In this document: positions 28,029 through 34,996 of the stretch, one piece after another
Layout: every line of letters starts with the position of its first letter
Position numbering within the stretch: the first letter of the stretch is position 1
DNA from: a virus
Lineage: Duplodnaviria > Caudoviricetes
IMG/VR virus record: IMGVR_UViG_3300028586_000770
Span: 1-44,098 of that record
Length of the DNA stretch: 44,098 nucleotides
Direction: 5' to 3' (one strand)
Position numbers and translations under genes: made by a program
Notes under the pieces: model-generated
Database searches by the model: none
Seen by the model: the letters and a program-made list of their open reading frames with translations, nothing else
Told to the model about the DNA's origin: nothing

Positions 28029-28537
28029 TGGCCAGGATATCGCACACACAGATTACACAACTTCACGGGCTCTTAGCATTATGGCATAGGGATATTAAAG
28101 GATTCTACCGATTTGATATGGCAGAGCTTGCCGGTAACTTGCGCAAAGGCATAACGCCACCGGTGCTTATGCTCGAGACCTACAGCAGCCAGATAAAAAC
28201 CAGCCCAAACAAAACGGCGAACTTTAAAGACCGTGATATCTCTTTTTTGCTTTTAGATTTTGCCGGTAAAGCAGACAGCTACGATAAACATGACGAAGTA
28301 CTTTCAAGCCTTGAGGTAATTGGCGACGATATTGCCTCTATGCTTGACCGGCTTGGTAAAGACAAAACCCACTGGCTGTATATGCTGTTTGATGCAGGCT
28401 CATTTCGTATGGAAAAGGTAGGGCCTGTGTTAAATGGTATGTATGGTTGGAATATTCTTTATACCCTGGGCAGCAAGAACCCGCTTTGCTACGACCCTGA
28501 AAAATGGGATTTAACCACTCCTGCAGAGACGCTATAA
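28028..28537 (+). CDS. Tail terminator/completion-like protein
   Basis: 169 aa, PVLMLE...KVGPVLNGMYGW pattern. Confidence 0.5.
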   Translation: MARISHTQITQLHGLLALWHRDIKGFYRFDMAELAGNLRKGITPPVLMLETYSSQIKTSPNKTANFKDRDISFLLLDFAGKADSYDKHDEVLSSLEVIGDDIASMLDRLGKDKTHWLYMLFDAGSFRMEKVGPVLNGMYGWNILYTLGSKNPLCYDPEKWDLTTPAETL

Positions 28538-28540
28538 TGC

Positions 28541-28576
28541 TGTCCTATTAAAAAAATCAAATCAGATCTATTTTTG
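28541..28576 (+). promoter_or_regulatory. Phage-specific promoter TGTCCTA-N21-TATTTTTG
   Basis: Conserved spacing, perfect -7 box; no ORF before the next terminator. Confidence 0.75.
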
Positions 28577-28580
28577 AAGT

Positions 28581-28680
28581 CTCTTTTACATACACCAATA
28601 CTTTTGCCATGAAGTAATTATTTTTCTCTTTGTTGTTTTAAATTTTCCCGCCCTGGCCTGTAAGCCGGGGCGGGTTTTTT
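28581..28680 (+). ncRNA. Putative ~100-nt late small RNA
   Basis: Between the promoter and the strong terminator CCCGCCCTGGC-CTGTAA-GCCGGGGCGGG-T6 (28647-28680); only an ATG-AAG-TAA minigene inside. Confidence 0.55.
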
Positions 28681-28821
28681 ATTGTTGAAATATTTAGGCC
28701 ATTGCTCATTTCGTTTAACTGTAGGAACACGCTGTTTAACCTTTAAACGTATCTACGTCGTCGATTATATAAAAATTGAAGTAGGGGGTTATATAATTTA
28801 GTGAAATAATCACTATTACAT

Positions 28822-29148
28822 ATGAACGATCAACTCACCATTATTGAAAATAAATTTCAACAACACTTACGAGACGGCGATTACACCTTTATTGGGCCAT
28901 CAGACTCCACACAATTTCAACAATTTTTTCAAGCCGTTAATTTGCGTGCTCCTGTAATTGCAATTTCACGCACTATACATCATGCACTAACAAATAAGGA
29001 AGCAGTAAAATATGTAAACTCTACATACTTTAATGACCAGGAACTTCGTATATATGTGGTAATTGGTAGCATACCTTATGCATTAGCCCACGCAACAATT
29101 GAAGAATACTGTAAAAGAAATAACATTATCTTTAATCCTGCAACGTAG
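28822..29148 (+). CDS. AT-rich accessory hypothetical protein
   Basis: 108 aa with its own -7-like box (TAATTTAG) upstream. Confidence 0.65.
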   Translation: MNDQLTIIENKFQQHLRDGDYTFIGPSDSTQFQQFFQAVNLRAPVIAISRTIHHALTNKEAVKYVNSTYFNDQELRIYVVIGSIPYALAHATIEEYCKRNNIIFNPAT

Positions 29149-29298
29149 CCATTTATATTATTGTATATATCGCAAGAAAATATATTATACATTCACAAAA
29201 TATAAAAAGTGAACATTTAAATCTTAAAACATTCATAATAAGATAAATAGATTTTTTCTATTTGATTAAATTAGTGGTAAACCACAATTTAACCAATT

Positions 29299-29577
29299 AT
29301 GGAGGGTAAAAAACTTATAGAAATACAGACAGCTTGCCAATTAGTCACTCAGGAGATTATTGCGAAAAGCAAACGTAAAGAACCAGGTTATATGCTTTTC
29401 AAACTTTCTTGGGCACTTGAGTCAGTCGAAATTTATTTTAATGATTTAAAACGCGAATTGAGCAAAAATTTACTGATTGAAAGCAGTATGCGTGAACATC
29501 GGGAAATGCATAAAATTATTGTAGAACATGCCAGAATATGTGTTGATAAATTAATGCGGTTTTCAGCACGCGCATGA
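29299..29577 (+). CDS. Small helical protein, paralog A1
   Basis: 92 aa, shares GYMLFKLSWALESVEIYFNDLKR with 32707-32991. Confidence 0.8.
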   Translation: MEGKKLIEIQTACQLVTQEIIAKSKRKEPGYMLFKLSWALESVEIYFNDLKRELSKNLLIESSMREHREMHKIIVEHARICVDKLMRFSARA

Positions 29578-29614
29578 CGTCAAATTGGTTTAACATAGAT
29601 CACACTATTTAGGC

Positions 29615-29645
29615 AAAACCCCGCGCTGGCGGGGTTTAGTTTTTT
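29615..29645 (+). terminator. Intrinsic terminator (duplicated at 33029-33059)
   Basis: AAAACCCCGC-loop-GCGGGGTTTAGTTTTT. Confidence 0.8.
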
Positions 29646-29763
29646 ACTGCAGTTAATATAGCGACTACTTTCTGCAACCGGTCTTCGTAAATATATTTTG
29701 TGCTAATTATTCCCAAACATTAAATGCGACATTTATTACATTGCATAACTAAAATTATGAACT

Positions 29764-30093
29764 ATGATTAGCGCAATAGATGCCGGAACAATGACACTTA
29801 GTAATCTAAGCGAAATAGTTAATTGTAACATCGCTCAGGCTAATATTTATAAAATAAAATTATCATGGTGCTTTGAAGATGGAAAAATATGTGGCAGGGT
29901 TAAAAGAGGCTCGTTAACAGTGTGGAAAAAATATTATGAGGGTGAGCACATTCATATATTGCTTGCGCGTATGAATTGGGATTTTAGTTGCTACATTAAT
30001 AAGCTGGGCGAAGCGTTCAGAGCAGAGCGTGATCGTAAGGAAGTTGAAAGTTGGAAAACCTCTTTGGACTCTGGAAAGTTTGCCATGAAGTAA
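29764..30093 (+). CDS. Accessory hypothetical protein
   Basis: 109 aa ORF with A-rich start context. Confidence 0.6.
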   Translation: MISAIDAGTMTLSNLSEIVNCNIAQANIYKIKLSWCFEDGKICGRVKRGSLTVWKKYYEGEHIHILLARMNWDFSCYINKLGEAFRAERDRKEVESWKTSLDSGKFAMK

Positions 30094-30215
30094 TACAAAT
30101 AATAGAAATCGTTTATTTAGAGGCGCTAAAACTGAGATACTATAACTTAGGGAAACTATGTAGTAATTTGACATAATCTTATAAAAGATATTAGGCTTAG
30201 GGCTTTAGTTTTGCA

Positions 30216-30284
30216 ATATCTTAACAACATAAGGTGTGGTATCCCATTTTTATGATACTCTCTCTCTAACGAGAGAGTTTTTTT
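30216..30284 (+). ncRNA. Putative sRNA 1 of tandem array
   Basis: TAGTTTTG box 30206-30213; 5' hairpin ATATCTTA/TAAGGTGT; TGGT; terminator CTCTCTC/GAGAGAG + T7. Confidence 0.6.
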
Positions 30285-30342
30285 ATGTAAGTTTCTGAAC
30301 CTATTATGTAATTTTACTTACTTAATTACAAGTAGATTTATC

Positions 30343-30417
30343 ATATCTACGTTGAAGCAGAAAATGTAGATATTGGTCCATTTCCGCCCTCTCCAGTCAC
30401 AGAGGAGAGGGTTTTTT
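30343..30417 (+). ncRNA. Putative sRNA 2 of tandem array
   Basis: TAGATTTA box 30333-30340; hairpin ATATCTAC/GTAGATAT; TGGTCCATTT; terminator CCCTCTCC/GGAGAGGG + T6. Confidence 0.6.
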
Positions 30418-30476
30418 ATAACTCATATGAGCAATGATGTAAAATGTTTTAACCACAATAATTGTAATTTTACCAA

Positions 30477-30543
30477 ACTACATTTTAGAGAGGTGTAGTA
30501 CTGGTTAGTATTATTCTTCCCTCCCTTACACCGGGGAGGGTTT
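30477..30543 (+). ncRNA. Putative sRNA 3 of tandem array
   Basis: TAATTTTA box 30465-30472; hairpin ACTACA/TGTAGT; TGGTTAG; terminator CCCTCCC/GGGAGGG + TTT. Confidence 0.55.
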
Positions 30544-30760
30544 ATCTTTATCCAACACTCAATGTATACCAAATGGCGGCATTAGCAAAATTTCCTCTGC
30601 ATTACTATGTCATCTACTAATTATATTCATAAAAGTAGATCTGAAACAAAGAATAAATAGATAGTCTTTCAATTTCATAAATTAATAGAAAGCGAAGCAT
30701 TATTGAAAATTATTACTAAATTAGGCAAAGTTCTAATTAGCAAATTGTAATAAATAGACT

Positions 30761-31396
30761 ATGTGTTACTACGCGAAACCTCCGGAAGATTTAACTGAAG
30801 CTGAAAAGGAATTTGCGGCGCGCTTTGGCAGTCCCGAAACTTTTATATCAGGTAAATATACCAATGGCTTTGCGCACCCACAAATGCCGGTTATATTGGA
30901 CGAGAATCCGCACAATATCATTATGGCAGAATGGGGCCTTGTACCAAACTTTGCCCCGGATAAAACGATCAATGCAAAAACGCTTAACGCTAAGATCGAG
31001 ACTGTAGAAACTACAGCCATGTACAGGGATAGCGCAAACAGGCGCTGTCTGGTCCTGCTGGAAGAGTTTTATGAGTGGAAGTGGCATAATCCTACTGCAA
31101 AAACATCTACTAAAGACAAATATGCAATATCGCTTAAAGGGCGAAAGCTTTTTGCGGTGGCAGGGGTTTACAACGTATGGCGCGGGGAACCTACCTTTAC
31201 CATTGTCACAACTGAGGCTAATACTCTTATGTCCGACATCCACAATACAAAAAAAAGGATGCCGGTAGTATTACACCGGCAGGAAGAAAAACTGTGGCTT
31301 GGCCATGATGCGGTACCGCTTTTTAAAGACCGCACAGAGATTGATCTACAGGCTGTAAACCTGGATCAGCTGCCACAGCAGGCAAGTTTATTTTAA
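30761..31396 (+). CDS. SOS response-associated peptidase (SRAP, YedK/HMCES family)
   Basis: N-terminal MC, WGLVP, TLNAKIET, RCLV..EEFYEW, IHNTKKRMPVVL. Confidence 0.93.
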   Translation: MCYYAKPPEDLTEAEKEFAARFGSPETFISGKYTNGFAHPQMPVILDENPHNIIMAEWGLVPNFAPDKTINAKTLNAKIETVETTAMYRDSANRRCLVLLEEFYEWKWHNPTAKTSTKDKYAISLKGRKLFAVAGVYNVWRGEPTFTIVTTEANTLMSDIHNTKKRMPVVLHRQEEKLWLGHDAVPLFKDRTEIDLQAVNLDQLPQQASLF

Positions 31397-31747
31397 TTCA
31401 GACAGTCCCTCAATGAAATCGAAGGCCACAAACTGCATATTACTGTGGCCGGTTAAGTATGTGCCATGGTTGCAGTGCGCTAAATCCTTTACTACGTTAT
31501 TTAAAATTGCATTGTAATTATTCAGCTCATCCGCATTAAGCCACAAAACCGTCTGAAGGTATGTAGTAAATTCGCTAAATGTTTCATATTCCGTCGGAAG
31601 GTCAGGAACGTCTGCAACAGATATAACGGTAGCGTTTCCTGAAACAATTATACCGCTTGCATTATAAATAAAGCCAAATGGCGGCTGATAATTTTCAAAC
31701 TTAAGTTTTACGCCCTGTAACTTAGTAATTACATAGTATCTATCCAT
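31388..31747 (-). CDS. Accessory hypothetical protein
   Basis: 119 aa, third gene of a three-gene leftward unit. Confidence 0.65.
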   Translation of the reverse strand: MDRYYVITKLQGVKLKFENYQPPFGFIYNASGIIVSGNATVISVADVPDLPTEYETFSEFTTYLQTVLWLNADELNNYNAILNNVVKDLAHCNHGTYLTGHSNMQFVAFDFIEGLSELK

Positions 31748-31758
31748 TATATTGTGCT

Positions 31759-32142
31759 TTATTTTATAAGTGCATTGTCAGAGTCGTAATGCTCCATACT
31801 TATTACCTGGTAGGTGTGGGCTTTTTCAAGCAGCTCCGGCCAGTTCGATTTATTTACGTAGCTGCTAAGCCAGTCCCAAAATTCATCGGTATTGGCTTCA
31901 TTGATTATTTCATCACCCCAGTACTTACAAACGGCATAGGTTGTAAAACCTTTAGTTTTAAAAAACTTGTTATATTCCTCATCTAAATCGAGCGGCCCAT
32001 TATGCAAAACTTTAACCGATCGGTCTTTTACAACATTTCGCATAATATCAAACATCAGATTAAAATTTTTATCGGCGTTTTCCTTATACTCAATTTCTCT
32101 GCCTCCGGGAATGGCAAATATTACGGCATACCTATTTTTCAT
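31759..32142 (-). CDS. Accessory hypothetical protein
   Basis: 127 aa, tightly spaced. Confidence 0.65.
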   Translation of the reverse strand: MKNRYAVIFAIPGGREIEYKENADKNFNLMFDIMRNVVKDRSVKVLHNGPLDLDEEYNKFFKTKGFTTYAVCKYWGDEIINEANTDEFWDWLSSYVNKSNWPELLEKAHTYQVISMEHYDSDNALIK

Positions 32143-32149
32143 GCTTCAA

Positions 32150-32596
32150 TTACTTAACTATTATTTCAATTACAGTTTTCAAATAGTTATTGTATTCTCT
32201 CTCGTAATAATTTGATATAGATGCCGGTCTCAGGATAACACCGTTGATGTCAGACTCATTAAGGGCATCATAAACATATTTTAAGAATAGCTGCCCTTCA
32301 TCATCATTAAAATGTTCGCCGTAAGTATCAATTGTTAGCCTGATTTGAAACCAAGTAACATCTTCAACAAGAATTTTGCCAGTAACTGTATCTTCGAGAT
32401 CAGATTCATCTAAGTCGATAAAATCTTCCTGATTGTCAAATTCCCCGCCATGGTCGTTATGCCACCCATGATACTCTATTACATTTAAGCGCATCAGGTC
32501 CAGTAAATTTGCAATAACTCTTTTATCCCTGTCTTGTGTTTCCTCCGGTACGTTTATACGTCCGTTATATTTTAGCATTATTATTTTCCTGCTCAT
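32150..32596 (-). CDS. Accessory acidic hypothetical protein
   Basis: 148 aa, Asp/Glu-rich centre. Confidence 0.65.
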   Translation of the reverse strand: MSRKIIMLKYNGRINVPEETQDRDKRVIANLLDLMRLNVIEYHGWHNDHGGEFDNQEDFIDLDESDLEDTVTGKILVEDVTWFQIRLTIDTYGEHFNDDEGQLFLKYVYDALNESDINGVILRPASISNYYEREYNNYLKTVIEIIVK

Positions 32597-32706
32597 CGTT
32601 AAAGGTTTTATATAAAGTTAAGAATATATATCATAAAACTTTCATAATTAGCTAAATACAAACTGGGTTAATAATTAATTTAGCAACACACCACAATTAA
32701 CCAACT

Positions 32707-32991
32707 ATGGAAAATCAAAAACTTATTGCGATACATACGGCCTGTCAGCTTGTAAGTCAGGATATTATCATGAAGAGTGAAGTTAATGGAAAAGGGTATA
32801 TGCTTTTCAAGCTTTCGTGGGCACTTGAGTCGGTAGAAATTTACTTTAATGATCTAAAGCGTGATCTGAGCGATGATTTACTAAGTGAAAGCAGTAAGCG
32901 TGACCACCGAGAAATGCATAAAATTCTTGTAGAAAGTGCCCGACTGTGCGTTGATAAATTGATGCGATTTTCAGCGCGCGCAAAATATTAA
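32707..32991 (+). CDS. Small helical protein, paralog A2
   Basis: 94 aa close paralog of 29299-29577 with conserved flanking DNA. Confidence 0.8.
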   Translation: MENQKLIAIHTACQLVSQDIIMKSEVNGKGYMLFKLSWALESVEIYFNDLKRDLSDDLLSESSKRDHREMHKILVESARLCVDKLMRFSARAKY

Positions 32992-33169
32992 TTTTCAGTT
33001 TTTTATATATAGATCACATTTTTTAAGCAAAACCCCGCACTTGGCGGGGTTTAGTTTTTACGTTAGCTACTATTATTCGCTACCGAGTGCTGCAGGTTAA
33101 AAAGTCCGAATTTTATACAGGAATTAAAAAATTAATATTGGATCCTCCTGCGGGGTGGGTTCGGTTATT

Positions 33170-33394
33170 TCATTTTGTCTCTGTTTTAGTTACTTTGCTT
33201 AACTGGTTACGGTAGTTTTGTTGTCCGGGCTGTTTTTGGTATGTATCTATGATGCCGGATTCCGTATCGGTAATTTTAAACCAAGGCTCATTTTCGGCCT
33301 GTAGTTCTTTAGTTTTCTTGTGAGCTTTGTCCAGGCTATCGGTGCGCAGAAGCTTTTTAACCTTGTTTTCTATGATGTAGCGTTTTGTAGCCAT
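33170..33394 (-). CDS. Early-operon hypothetical protein
   Basis: 74 aa, end of the leftward operon. Confidence 0.6.
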   Translation of the reverse strand: MATKRYIIENKVKKLLRTDSLDKAHKKTKELQAENEPWFKITDTESGIIDTYQKQPGQQNYRNQLSKVTKTETK

Positions 33395-33396
33395 AA

Positions 33397-33696
33397 TTAG
33401 TTTTTCAGTTTTACTAAACCGTCCTTACGCATTGAGACGCCTAATTTTTTCCATGTCTCTCTATTGTTTGGGATTGTATTTTTTTCAACTCCATCATATA
33501 TATCCTGGACAAATAATTTTTCCGCTTCAACTATTGTTATTGGCATATTTGTTTCTGAATCATGATAACCCTTTTCTGGATTTTCATAAATTCCCGCCAT
33601 TTCTTTAGAGTAGCAGTAACCGGCATTTTTAGGCCTCCAGAGTGTTATATGTTTTTCGTGCCGCAACGTGTGGCATAATGAGATTATGTAGTACAT
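33397..33696 (-). CDS. Early-operon hypothetical protein
   Basis: 99 aa, YYIISLCHT...ITLWRPKNAGYCYS..AGIY motif. Confidence 0.7.
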   Translation of the reverse strand: MYYIISLCHTLRHEKHITLWRPKNAGYCYSKEMAGIYENPEKGYHDSETNMPITIVEAEKLFVQDIYDGVEKNTIPNNRETWKKLGVSMRKDGLVKLKN

Positions 33697-33914
33697 GTCT
33701 TTTCAATTGTCGTTTGTAATTCCTCTATTTTTTCCTGCTTACGAGCGTTAAATTTTGTAAGCAATTCGTTTTTAAATTTTAGATCATGGTATTTATCCAG
33801 GGCGAAAAGCAGTACGTCGGTCGCATTTTTTAAGTCTTCTTCTTTTGCTATCCTTTCGAGCTGGGCTTTTTGTTCCTGGGTAAACTGCCTGATGTGGGCG
33901 CTCTTTTTTATCAT
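33684..33914 (-). CDS. RHH/CopG-like small DNA-binding protein with coiled coil
   Basis: 76 aa, beta-helix-helix N-terminal pattern. Confidence 0.5.
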   Translation of the reverse strand: MIKKSAHIRQFTQEQKAQLERIAKEEDLKNATDVLLFALDKYHDLKFKNELLTKFNARKQEKIEELQTTIEKTCTT

Positions 33915-33922
33915 TTGTTGTC

Positions 33923-34157
33923 AAATTGCTGCTTATTTAAAAAATTAGCTTGTCGTTTATCCCTTCGCGTACCGTAAAAAATCCGTCATCATACAGCGTG
34001 CGCAGGGCGGGGAGTAATAGAGCCATTGTAACATCCAGTTCCTGTTTTAGTGCAATAATGCTCAGGCCGCAGCATGCTCCGCGCTGATGCCGGTGGCCAA
34101 TTATTGCAAGCTTTATGTTTTCTATCAGTTCCATTCTTTAAATTGCTGCTTATTTAA
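33923..34157. repeat. Perfect 18-bp direct repeat AAATTGCTGCTTATTTAA at 33923-33940 and 34140-34157
   Basis: Read directly; flanks the 65-aa gene. Confidence 0.8.
33937..34134 (-). CDS. Small winged-helix-like protein
   Basis: 65 aa, LRTLYDDGFFTVREGINDKLIF wing pattern. Confidence 0.55.
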   Translation of the reverse strand: MELIENIKLAIIGHRHQRGACCGLSIIALKQELDVTMALLLPALRTLYDDGFFTVREGINDKLIF

Positions 34158-34557
34158 CTACATGAGGTTGAGAAAGTAGTCTTACGGGGCCGGTGGGTGG
34201 CTTCGTTTTAATGATGATCCGGCTCTTTAAATCCTTATCGATGGCATTCCAAAATTTTGTGATCACTCCTGAAGCATAGAGGTTATCGGTATTCTTGCAA
34301 TGGTTCATGGCGTAAATGAGAACCACCGCCTGAGCCGCCTTGAGTGTAACGGTAAATGCCTGGTGCGGACCTTCAATTTTGTTACGGAACAAAAAGAACA
34401 TTTCGCTCAGGATATCAGCCTCGAGCATCTGATCATAAAACTTAACGGTCATCTCAGGGGTAATTTGCGCTTCTACATAGCTGCTATATACCTTAACCAT
34501 TTCCTGAAGGGAGGCAGCTTCCTCCCGTTCCACCTTCTTTAAGCTAACCGGTGTCAT
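34150..34557 (-). CDS. Early-operon hypothetical protein
   Basis: 135 aa, ATGA-coupled. Confidence 0.65.
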   Translation of the reverse strand: MTPVSLKKVEREEAASLQEMVKVYSSYVEAQITPEMTVKFYDQMLEADILSEMFFLFRNKIEGPHQAFTVTLKAAQAVVLIYAMNHCKNTDNLYASGVITKFWNAIDKDLKSRIIIKTKPPTGPVRLLSQPHVVK

Positions 34558-34796
34558 CGGATATCTTCAATTAAATGGCCTGTCTTGTTATCATAAAACT
34601 GCAGCACCCGGATTTTATTTACACGATCAGGATCTTTAAAAAACCGTGCTTTCATGCCTTCGATTATCCAGTTCTTATCCCGTCCGTTATGCTTATCAAA
34701 ATTGAACCAACACAAGTTGTCTTTTTTTTCGTCTGCGAGGCCTACCATTTTAATGTCGTTGGTAGAGGTTACACCGTTCATTGCCTTAGTTGCCAT
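34554..34796 (-). CDS. Early-operon hypothetical protein
   Basis: 80 aa, FYDNKTG motif. Confidence 0.65.
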   Translation of the reverse strand: MATKAMNGVTSTNDIKMVGLADEKKDNLCWFNFDKHNGRDKNWIIEGMKARFFKDPDRVNKIRVLQFYDNKTGHLIEDIR

Positions 34797-34977
34797 GGTT
34801 GAATGCTTTTTTAAGTTCAGTCATAGCTTTTTCTCCTGCAGCTTCATCCTGCATTTTGTTTTGAAAGTGCGCTCCCTGGATAAGCATATCTACCTCCATG
34901 AGTTCTGAGGGAGAGCAGGCCTCCAAAAATTTTTCCGGAGTTACTTCCAGTGTCATTAAGTTTGTAATTGTTGGCAT
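34786..34977 (-). CDS. Early-operon hypothetical protein
   Basis: 63 aa, LEVTPEKFLEACSPSEL. Confidence 0.6.
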   Translation of the reverse strand: MPTITNLMTLEVTPEKFLEACSPSELMEVDMLIQGAHFQNKMQDEAAGEKAMTELKKAFNHGN

Positions 34978-34996
34978 ATATAAATTTGTTAAAGGG

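Noticed and set aside
30206-30543. sRNA array as a CRISPR or type III antitoxin repeat array
   Set aside because: Units are not sequence-identical repeats, each has its own promoter and terminator, and there is no adjacent ToxN-like gene
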